DNA of 55,188 nucleotides, filler included, from Catajapyx aquilonaris (taxonomy: Eukaryota): NCBI GenBank assembly GCA_000934665.2. It is 4 parts of 4 records of this genome, joined end to end, with 100 filler letters (N's around TTAATTAATTAA, not from the genome) between each part and the next. Parts side by side here need not be neighbours in the genome. Positions count along the whole stretch, not along the records: positions 41,498 to 55,188 come from JYFJ02008019.1; 3 more parts are not named here. One strand, given 5' to 3'. Of this stretch, positions 44,919 through 55,188 are shown one piece after another. Under the pieces are notes generated by a model that saw only the letters and a list, made by a program, of their open reading frames with translations, did no database searches and was not told where the DNA came from. A program made the position numbers and the translations under genes. Position 1 is the first letter of the stretch; each line of letters starts with the position of its first letter.

Positions 44919-47900
44919 ATGCTTCGCTCAAAGCAAGAGGTAGATCGGCATGCCCAGGACATCTTGAGCAAGACCAGATCAGAGCAGGAGCGTGCTTCTC
45001 GCTGTTACACCATTGCCAAGCTTTACTGGAATATAGGGGAGCACAATTGCACCCGTCAGTACCTCACTGCATACCTTCTGCAGAACCCAGCCTCATCCAC
45101 TGCCAGGAAGCTCATGGGCCAAGTTTATGAGACATCTGGAAGTTATGATCGTGCCATGGATGAATACAGGTATGGTATCTCAAATACTGACTTCAGAGAG
45201 TTCCAACTGATATGACCACTTATTTCACCAGACTGAAAATTTATAATTATGTATTGTGTCACAAAGCTGTCAATCATCTTATCAATTAAATTATTTTTAT
45301 TGCTCTGCATAATTCTGATAACTTGGGCAGGGATTATGACTTACGGATAATCAGTAGAGAATCACACTTGTTAAAAACCCCTTCTAAGTGATTCACATGA
45401 AACTCATGTTATGAGGGCTTGCACCTGGATGTGGGGTAAATCTGTAATTAATTATCCAGGAATACCATACCATTATCTTCATGGTATGCATCTCATTATC
45501 ATGTGTTTTCAGTCAATTCCAAAAGCTTTCTCCAGATTATTTTCTTCCCCTCTACATGGAGTGCATCAGGAAACCTCTTTACAGCTTCACATTAATTTTG
45601 CAGGCAATCACTAGAACTGGAACCCCACCAGAAGGACTTGGTCCTGAAGGTTGGTGACATAGTTGCATCTAAAAAGGACCTGATGCTAAGTGCTGATGAT
45701 GTGAACTATTGGCTGGGTCGTGTTGAGGAGGCTCACCCAGGCCATCCAATGCTTGTCCGACTCAAGGAGCGCCTTCTAACGGCCAGGGGATCTCCAGATC
45801 CAGCAACCCTGGAACGACTCATCACGTCAGAAGTTGCTGCCAGACCTGCTGATGTTGCCTTGCAGGAGCGCCTTGTGCGTTTGCGTTTGGCTCAGGGGCA
45901 GAAGTCAGCTGCATTCAAGCATGCAGTTACTATGGAAAAAACACGTCCTTTTCCTGACAGCCTTACTTGGTACTCCTGCCTATGTGATGCATGTGAAGTT
46001 TATGATGGCACTCGTGATTTGGCTTATTATCAGCAATATCTTTTGGCATTGGACACTCTCTTAATGTTGCGCCTTCACCGTGATGGAACCACAGGACCTG
46101 GTGGACTTTCTGAATGCATTGTCACGTTGCACAAAATGGATCAGGTTCTGAGTAAAGCATCTGAATGTGGCCAGGAAGCAGACCCAAAGTGGCATCCATT
46201 ACTGAACCATCTCAGGGGCCAGCTGTGCTTCCATCTGGCAGCTGTTTTGATCCATCGTGTCAGGCAGGACATGGGGGGCCTGAGTGAGGGGTTGAAAGCA
46301 GCACATCCTTTACTTGCCTTGGCGTGGTCAGGATTTCCCCCACCACAAATCCCAGGAGAAGGGCGGAGACACAGGGCATGGTACAGAGCATCATGCTACA
46401 GAGCATCTCAGGTGAGGAATAACCAAACATGTGCAGTTTGCAACTGGGTTGCAGCGGGAAGCTGCAAAAGTGATACCTTCAACAATGATTGTGTTGTGTG
46501 CTATGAGCTAAGTTACATGACACTGCTTAGAGCCAGTTCAGAAAGGCGTACAGGTTATGGAGCAGCATCTTTGGCATATAACCAGTGAAAATTTGCACCA
46601 ACTGAGCCAGTAAGCCGCACCTGGTTGAGCCACCCTTTACCTGCCTTATCACTTGACCCTTCCTCCTTCCAACTCCCAAAATTTCCCTACTTACTGGTTA
46701 TCGAAGTGGGTGGGGTCGGCAGGAGGAGAGGGGGTGAGGGGGACTCCACTGCTTTCAGAGGCCAGATATGTAACCTGTTGCCGAAGGGGCACCTTTCCGA
46801 TCCGTATTGAAATAGAAGCGATGTAACTGTCCATGTAGCGCAACTCTGTGATAATTTTATGTGGGAGGTGTTCCTAATAATATTGAAATCAATAATAATA
46901 TTCAATATCAAACATAAACCCAGAACAAGTAATTGATCCTTTATAAATAACGCAGGATCAACCCTTGTTTCCATTTATATGAGAAATTATTTGTGGATTT
47001 AACGTCGATTATGCTACCAGCCCTAAGATTCCATTATTTTCCGCCGCCGCCTCTTTAGGTTGGCTTTGTCCTTCTCAGTATGGAAAAGCTTGGGGCTCAT
47101 GTGACTGCCCCACAATGGCGCCAGAAGGTCTACCGCCGTGTGTTCACATCACGTGATCATCGTTCTAAGGAGGACACTTCCCACTTCTTGCACCATGGTG
47201 CCTTCTCTGATGTACGGCAAGATACTCCTTCCATCCCACAGCTGCAGGATTTTGATGCAGAAGCTGTCCAAACCTGGCCAGACTCACTGCATCACATTAT
47301 TTGGCTTGCAACCCAGCACCAGCAAAACAGCAAATCAAAACAAATTAACCTCAAATTTCTGAAGGCAATCTTTCCAAACCTGAGGATGGGAGGGAGTGGG
47401 TCGTCATCTGGAGTGGCTGCAGAGTCACTGAACGTGCTGGATCTTGAGATATTTGTAGCGATGGCAATGCTGAGCCGGAAAGATGATCAACATGCAGCCA
47501 TACCAGTGGCCTTGGCAAGTAATGTGGGCCAGTTGTGCACACCACAGCAAGCTGAGTTTTGGACAGTGGCTTACAGGCTTGCACACAGCTTGGGGCATAC
47601 ACAGGGGAATGCCAGGTAACGTATTAATTATGTAATTATTCTAATAACAGGGGTGGCATAGTTTAACCCTGTCACCGCCGATTCCTCCCCCTGCATGACT
47701 ATTAAGTGTCGCTGCATGATGTAATTGTAGGAAAAAAAATACATATCTCACCAACGCAACGTGTTAGCCCCATGCTTAACCACATTGAAAGGCTGATCCC
47801 GCCAGATCTGCGCCGCTCCCACAGTCTAGGCAGTGCGTTGCGTAGCGGAACAGCTATAACTGACTATGCAGCTACTTGGTGATCTGAAAAATTGTAGTGG

Positions 47901-50900
47901 TGTAGTACACGGGATCAAACAATGCTGCTATGCGAAATATTGCTTAGAAACCGATCTAATTAACTGTGAAATTCCCGGAATTTAGCTAGACTTCCATATA
48001 ATCTTGATCATTGCACATAGAACATTTTCCAATTTGGCCGCCCGAGGATGACATCATATCGTAATGTCAGACGAAACACTCGAGAATGTAATTTTTGTAG
48101 GGAGTTCTCCCTGTTTTGCTTGTGAATATGCCGAAAACTGCATTCATTTACACCTTATAAGAAAAAATTGTGAAATTCCTAATCCCACCTGGTGTCATCG
48201 CAGCGGTGAGAGGGTCAACCTTGTACTTATTGTGGATTGAAAAGTGCCACATTTTTGTGCATTTCATTTACTGTCTTTACACAGACAGCATGTTCATATT
48301 CCATTGATCCCTTCTGTTAAAGTGCACCTGCGCTACATTGAAATGTGATTTTTATTTCTAGGGCCATAGTTCAATGGGGTCTGGAGACAGTCCGTTGCCA
48401 CAGCAACCATGGCCTAAGTGTGGAGCTTGTGGTGAAGGTAGCCAGGTCCTTGGCCCGAATGGCCAAAAGTGGTCTCCCAAAGGAGGAAGAGACTGCCATG
48501 GTTGCACGTGCTGCTCAGTATTGGCACATGGCTGTAACCATGTGTGAGAGGGTATCTCGTGGCCAGGTCTTGGGAAGTCCAATCCAGCAACGAGGTGGGA
48601 CACCAACAAAACCACTCTTTGAAAGTGCATCATCAGGCAACCTTGCACCAGACCGACTGAGGAAATGGAGGGATGAAGGGAAGCTGTACCTGGGAAACTG
48701 CTTGCTAGAAGAGGGCAAATTCCAAGAAGCCATAGATGTCCTTCAGGAGCTTAAGTTAGCTGAGGCCTCATTGTTGCTGGGAAAGGCCTACAAACAAATG
48801 GCCCATGAGGAGCATGTAACACAATCACAGCGTAGGGCCTTGCTGCAAAAATCACAAGAGGCCTTCTATCTGACATCTGACAGAGTTCGAGTGCCAGGGA
48901 CGGAACGAAATTATGGTTTGAGCCGTGATTTGACTGACCACATGGAGGAGGTGGAGCAAGAGTTGGTGGCCATTGAATCAGGAATGACCAACGGGAGAGA
49001 TTCACCAGATTCGCCTCCAGATGGTTCCTTCTTGCGAAGAGTGGAGGTGAGGCCTAGTCCAGAGCGCTTGGATGCACAAGTGCGCTCACTGGCATACTCA
49101 CAGGATACACTGGTAAAAACTACTCTCGAACAGCATCGTGCTATGCTGGACTTGCACCGCACTGTTGTAGATGAACAACGTCAACAAAAAGAAACTCTAG
49201 AGGACATTAAGAAACTTCTTGAGAGTGTTGTGCAGCAGATGAATCAGATGGCTGTGGGGCGTCCATCTGGAACCACTGGCAACACTTCCACAGCTGCAGT
49301 GGAGGAGCCAACGACACCTGCACCTACAAGTGCTGATGACTACTTCCAGGGTTATTATCGGCAATTCAGTGGAATGCGTGGATCATCCACTATGTTGTAT
49401 GGTGGACCACCAGCATCACCAGGAGTTTACTTTCCTCCAGCACAGCTACCACATTCTACACCTTGTAGAGTTGATATAGCTGGTGCTGCTGGTGCTGGGC
49501 TGGTACATCCATCTCCCGGGCTGGCTTATTATCACCCAGCAGCAGCTGCAGCGATGGCTGCAGCTTTGCCATTCCCAGAGGGCCAACAGTTTCCTGATTT
49601 TCCATTCTTGCTGGGTGGTGGTGCCACTGCAGTCACGGCACCAACAGCCACTACCACCACACCTACCAGCACTGTGAGTGTTGCAACAACATTGCCAATG
49701 AATGTTGTTATCACATCATCAGAGAAACTTCCAGCAAGTGATGTTACAACCACATCTACAACTATGAGTGTGACTGTGCCACCACAGCATCGTGCTGGTG
49801 CTACCCATGCATTCCAAATCATGATGCCTTCAACAGCGCAGATACCAACTGCATCACCTTTAGAGGTCAAAGGTATGGCAACCTCACCACCATTGCCGAT
49901 AACCACACAGAGCTTGCTGTCATCTGTTCCACCTCCAGTGTTCTCAGCAGTCAAAGATGGTGCTGCAGCAACTGTGACAACTGTGTCAACCACTACTACA
50001 ATGACAGCTGTTGCATCACCCCCTGAGGTACGTCATCACTCCGATGATGAAGTGGCTCCTGAAGAAGAAGAGCATGACCCCTGTCCTGACTTCCTACCTA
50101 TCATACCATTACCTGCTGTAGTTGAACTACATACGGGTGAGGAAGATGAAGAAGTCTTGTTCGAAGATCGTGCTAAGATGTACCGCTATGTTGATAAGGA
50201 GTGGAAGGAACGAGGTGTGGGTGTCCTTAAGATCTTGCTGAACAAGACGACTGGAAAGACACGTGTGCTGATGCGTCGTGAGCAAGTCTTGAAGATTTGT
50301 GCCAACCATTTCCTGACCCCAGAGATGGAACTCCAGCCGATGCCTAAATCGGATCGGGCATACTTGTGGGCTGCACAAGACTTTGCAGATGAGGAACTGA
50401 GAGAAGAGAAACTGTGTGTTCGGTTCAAGGCGACAGAGCAGGCTGACAAGTTCAAGACTGCATTTGAACTTGCTAAGGCTATGCCTCCAAAGGATTCAAG
50501 AAAATCCGAGACCAAGGTTGCTGCACCCAAGCCTCTTGAACCCCAAGTGACTGTACCAAAAGTGACGGAACCCAAATTGGCAAATCAGACTCCTGAGAAG
50601 ACTTCATCTCAGGTGGTGGGTGGATTCACATTCCTGTCACCTCCTACATTTAAGCCAGTTCAGGCTGAAGAGCAGAAGAAAGAGGAGGAGCCAAAAGAGA
50701 AGCCACAACCATTTGCATCATTCACATTTACGTTACCTGGGAAGGAAACAAATGGTGAACCATTTGCTGCAATGTCAAGTGTACCAAATCTTTCTTTCTC
50801 CTCATTGGTGCAACGGAATGGACAGACTGGGTTCAAAAAGGACCCAAACTTTAAGGGATTTGAAGGGGCTGGAGCTTCGATATTCAAATCCCCAACAACA

Positions 50901-53585
50901 ACTGATGCAGGAGCACCTGATGACATAGTTGAGGACTATGAACCAAATGCTGAGTTCAAGCCAGTTGTTCCATTACCAGCACTGGTTGAAATCAAAACTG
51001 GAGAGGAGGGAGAAGAAAAGCTATTTGGAGAACGGGCCCGCCTCTACCGCTATGTCACTGAGTCAAAAGAATGGAAGGAACGTGGCATTGGGGAGATGAA
51101 GGTAATGCGCAATCCGGCCACAGGAAAGGTTCGCCTGCTCATGCGCCGTGAGCAGGTTCTCAAGGTGTGCTGCAATCATTTCTTGACAGAAGATCTTGAC
51201 ATTGCACCTAACTTAATGTCAGACAGAGCTTTCACATGGGTAGCCAATGACTTCTCAGAGGGTGAGATCAAAGTGGAGCAGCTCAGTGTGAAGTTTAAGA
51301 CTGTTGAGATTGCAAAGGAGTTCAAGGCAACAGTTGATAAAGAAATGGAGAGAATAAAAAACACACCACAGGATAAGCCAGAGGACTCAGGTGCACCACC
51401 ACCGACAACAGGAGCAGTAGATGATAGACCACTCTCTGAGATTTTTAAGCCAGATGCTGATACATGGGTTTGTGATATATGCTACGTGCGCAATGTTCCA
51501 AGTGATAGGCTATGTGTGGCTTGCAAGACAGAGAGGCCTGGGGTTGAGACAGATAAAACTGATGCAGCTGCTCAAAAAGCCACCATGAAGCCACTCTCTG
51601 AGCTCTTTAAACCTGAAGCTGGGTCATGGGAGTGCAAGATTTGTTATGTGCGTAACAAAGGTGGTGAGGCAAAATGTGTGTCATGTGAATCACCTAATCC
51701 TGATGCTGCCCCAGCAACTACTACAACAGCTCTGACAATGACTCCAACTGCATTCAAGTTTGGGACTCCAACACCTGGAGGAGGATTCAAGTTACCAGAA
51801 CAAATGAAGAGCAACACAGGATTCAAGTTTGGCAGTATCGGATCTGACTTCAAGTTTGTCATCCCAAACGCATCGGCAACTGATTCATCACCTGTGACTG
51901 GATTTAAGATAGGTGGTGCGAGTGTTGCTGCCACGACAACTGATTCATCACCTGTGACTGGATTTAAGATAGGTGGTGCAAGTGTTGCTGCCACGACAAC
52001 TGATTCATCACCTGTGACTGGATTTAAGATAGGTGGTGCAAGTGTTGCTGCCACGACAACTGATTCATCACCTGTGACTGGATTTAAGATAGGTGGTGCA
52101 AGTGTTGCTGCCACGACAACTGATTCATCACCTGTGACTGGATTTAAGATAGGTGGTGCAAGTGTTGCAGCCACGACAACTGCAGCAATGCCAACTTCAA
52201 CTACGAAAGACACTTTTACATTTACTTTGCCTGCAACCCCAGCAACTGCTACTAGTTCAAATGGTACATTCCAGTTTGGCCGCCCAACATTCACTCTTGG
52301 TGCATTCAATTCATCAGCAACTTCATCGCAATCATCATCTGAGACATCATCGCCATTCCCTTCACATGATCCACATCCAACTACTCCACCTGGTCGCCCA
52401 CCTCCATTTTCATTTGGTTCTTCAGGCACCCCACAGGCATTCACATTTGGTTCGACACAGACATTTGAGTTCAATTTTTGTGGAGTGTCACCGAAGTCGC
52501 CTACCAAATCACCAAAATCTCCTGCAACTGATGAAGGTGAGGATGATGGTGGCCATGATGATGAGGGGGAGCACATATTTTTCCAGCCAGTAGTCCCATT
52601 GCCGGACCGTGTTGAGGTGCGCACAGGTGAAGAAGATGAGGATGTAGTGTATTCACACCGTGCCAAACTGTTCCGATTTGTGGATGGAGAGTGGAAGGAG
52701 CGAGGTCTTGGTGCTCTGAAGCTTCTCCAACACCGGGTGACCGGAAAAATTCGTCTGCTTATGCGACGCGAGCAAGTGCTTAAGATATGCCTCAACCATC
52801 ATTTGACCTTAGACCTGGACTTTGCAGAAAAGGATGAGCGTACCTTGTTGTGGGCAGCACAAGATTTTGCAGATGGTGAGCTGCGCGACGAGAGGTTTGC
52901 AGTGCGGTTCAAAACTCCTGAGATTGCTCGTGAGTTCCAAGCAACTGTTGCCAAGGCAAAAGTTGCACTGGGTGGTGGAGAAAGACTGCCATTAGTAGCC
53001 CCCGAGACTGATGAAGATGTTGTTGTGGTGTATGAGCGGAAATCTCCAAAACAAGATGAAGCCAAGCAACTGATGTTGCCACTGAACTTTTACTCCTATG
53101 AAGAAGCACCAGTATGTCCTGGTTGTCGGGGTTGCACTGATACAATGCCAGGTGAAGAAGTGAATAAAACAATAGTGTCAACTGCAACAATGTTGTCTGT
53201 GCCAACACAAACTACCACTACATCAGTGTCAACTGCACCTGCAATTACCACCACTACCATCACAGCACCAGAGAGTATCTTTGGAAACCCAGCCATCTCA
53301 CAGCTTAGTTTTGCAAACCTGTCATTTGGAGCTGCAACTGTTACTCCAACTGGATTCAGCTTACCTTCAGGGCAAACTCTGTGGTCTGGGGCAGGAACCC
53401 AAGTGTTTGGTGGTGTCAAACCTCCTGAGGCAAGTAAGAAGGAGAATGAAGAGGGTGGTGGTGAAGATGATGAGGTGGTGCCTTCAAATGACACATACTT
53501 TGAGCCAGTAGTTGCTCTCCCAGAGCTAGTTCAGATAAAGACAGGGGAGGAGGATGAGGAAGTTGTCTACTCTCAGAGGGCAAAG
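44919..53585 (+). CDS. RanBP2: RanBP2 / Nup358 (E3 SUMO ligase, cytoplasmic-filament nucleoporin), 5' part; exons 44919-45169, 45604-46411, 47059-47615, 48362-53585; continues beyond the window
   Basis: N-terminus MLRSKQEVDRH and TPR region with SLELEPHQKDLVLK. Three complete Ran-binding domains (EWKERG.G..K....TGK.R.LMRREQVLK.C.NH) and the start of a fourth. Two RanBP2-type zinc fingers (W.C.IC.VRN......C..C) and FG/FxFG repeats. GT-AG introns with phases 2, 0, 2. Confidence 0.96.
47667..48214. mobile_element. piggyBac-type non-autonomous element in RanBP2 intron 3
   Basis: TTAA|CCCTGTCACCGC ... GCGGTGAGAGGG|TCAA. Confidence 0.6.
51877..52182 (+). repeat. Coding minisatellite, 60 bp x 5, encoding TDSSPVTGFKIGGASVAATT
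   Basis: Five head-to-tail copies with only two synonymous differences. Confidence 0.97.
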
Positions 53586-53742
53586 GTAAGTGGCATATTG
53601 TCACATTTGCAGGAAATACTAATTTTCACTGTGTCCCCTTAAATTAGGATTAACCACTTTGGATTAAAGCTGATATCAGCCAGGGTAGATTTTTTTGTGG
53701 TGCTTGGAAGAGATTGATATTAGTGGTCTTCCCTGTGTGTGA

Positions 53743-54428
53743 CGTACTATTGACCGCAAAAGTAATTTCGCGACTGTTTATGTGTTTTTGTGTTGGTGAT
53801 CCTGGGCGCTGCCAGGTTACGGACATGTTGATTTGGCGATGTTCCGGAATCCACAAGACACTGGTCACGGCCGTGGTCCCTTGGTCGCACAGTCCCGCAA
53901 GGACCGCACGGTCTGGGTCGCTGTTTGAGAGCGCCGCTACTATTCGTGCAACTTATTTCTAGTTTGGGTAATTCCATGTGAGATCGTACGACTATGTTCA
54001 CACGATTTATTTTTTTTATTTTTTTTTAATTTTTTTTTTTTTTTGCAAATCGAAATTTGGCACTTTGGATCGTATTTTGTCAAGGTCACAGGGACATATT
54101 TTTCAAACCAGATAACCGCTATAGGTCACAAGAAATGACGAGGTCAAAAATGGGAACTTTTCCATTCTGATGTTTACAATAACCTGATAATTTCTTTAAT
54201 TCTGCGTCCCACATGCATGCAAAATGGGGCAAACAGCGACCCAGACCGTGTGGCCACTTGCGGGACTGTGCGACCAAGGGACCGCGGCTGTGACCGGTGA
54301 GCAGAGTGTTGTGGATTCCGGAACATTGCCAAATCAACATGTCCATAACCTGGCAGCGCCCAGGATTACCAACACATAAACACAAAACCGCATAAACAGT
54401 CGCGACATTACTTTTGACGTCAATAGTA
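53743..54428. mobile_element. Foldback MITE with about 185-bp inverted arms in a RanBP2 intron
   Basis: GTACTATTGAC..TGGGCGCTGCCAGGTTA..GGTCCCTTGGTCGCACAGTCCCGCAAG..GGGTCGCTGTTTG and its reverse complement at about 54229-54428. Confidence 0.8.
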
Positions 54429-55188
54429 CACAGCACAAATCACTGAATCATAACATGGCCAATGTTGGTAGGACTGGACTGTGCAAATAGTGGCACATAA
54501 AGAGACAATTACAGAATTTGTTTCAAAATTATTGCTCATGGGCAGGATAATGGGGAAGTAGCCTTGGTCTGGGATTTGGGATTTTTGTTCATAACTAGCT
54601 AGCCCATGCCTGTAAGCATACATTCCATCACTTTGTTGCATCAAAATGACATTACTGGATAAATTACGGCACATTTAAAAGTGCCTTCAAAATTGGCGGG
54701 AAAAACGCCACAGCCAATCGAAAGGGTACAGTGCTGGACACAGTAGCATATAACAAGTGTAAACAACGACTTTGGCATTACCTGGCAACTGGGCGTGTTC
54801 GGACATCGCCATGTGGAGAGTGCTTAGCATTCTTTCTGTCGTTGCCACTGTTTACAGGTAGCGATTGATGCTGGGCGACCTATAGCGAAGGGTGTGTGCA
54901 TGCTTACCAATGCATGGCATCGGAATGAGCGGGCTGAGGGGATATTATTTTGAGAAGGTGCTTCTCGTTATTAATTATCACACTATCGTCACTGTCTTAT
55001 TCCCACGATGACGGAGTTATGGAATGGCCGGAAAGATGAGAGGGATGTTCTAGTAGGCCTAGTTGGTTGCTATGTGTGGTTCTTATGAAATGGCTAAACG
55101 ACTCTGACAGTAATTCAGAACGAAAATGTCTCTCTTACCCAACCAACCCACCCTCTTTCACACACTCTCACCCACCCACTACTCCCCT

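Noticed and set aside
51877..52182. CRISPR-like array (also considered for 20187-20640 and 38590-38730)
   Set aside because: No unique spacers and no cas genes, in a eukaryotic context. The first is an in-frame coding repeat and the others are TE subterminal repeats.
14467..53585. GANP and RanBP2 as a nuclear-pore gene cluster
   Set aside because: They are separated by two artificial contig spacers, so linkage cannot be established from this window.
48358..53604. Long minus-strand and alternative-frame ORFs over RanBP2 (e.g. 51644-52795)
   Set aside because: Shadow ORFs caused by codon bias and low complexity; no recognisable domain.
54685..54710. E2F/CHR-like motif TTCAAAATTGGCGGGAAAA as an internal promoter
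   Set aside because: Single short motif in TE-rich intronic DNA with no associated exon visible.

Overview
Repeat-rich eukaryotic DNA with spliced genes, most likely from an arthropod: it has divergent ionotropic-receptor remnants and an insect-like RanBP2 domain order. The window is four contigs joined by artificial N-TTAATTAATTAA-N spacers (13717-13816, 27507-27606, 41398-41497), so adjacency across those joins is unproven. Contig 1 holds a tandem cluster of pepsin/cathepsin-D-family (A1) aspartic protease genes: one intact 8-exon gene, two disrupted copies with a substituted catalytic Asp, and two 5' fragments. All three copies that reach the stop codon end in an unusual GPI-signal-like hydrophobic tail. 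The cluster is interleaved with Helitron/Helentron, Ginger-like, Tc1 and LINE remnants. Contig 2 holds the 5' part of GANP/MCM3AP (minus strand), a 1.9-kb TIR transposon and the probable start of a Gln-rich gene. Contig 3 holds a C2H2 zinc-finger gene with a degenerate duplicate exon and a frameshifted ionotropic receptor. Contig 4 holds the 5' part of RanBP2/Nup358, including a 5.2-kb exon with a recent 60-bp x5 coding repeat. Across the window, a LINE and three different tRNA-derived SINEs share a 3' stem-loop with covarying sequence. TA-NNN-TA transposon excision footprints can be shown by internal comparison, and there are many nested MITEs and long palindromes. All calls come from manual reading; no database searches were run.
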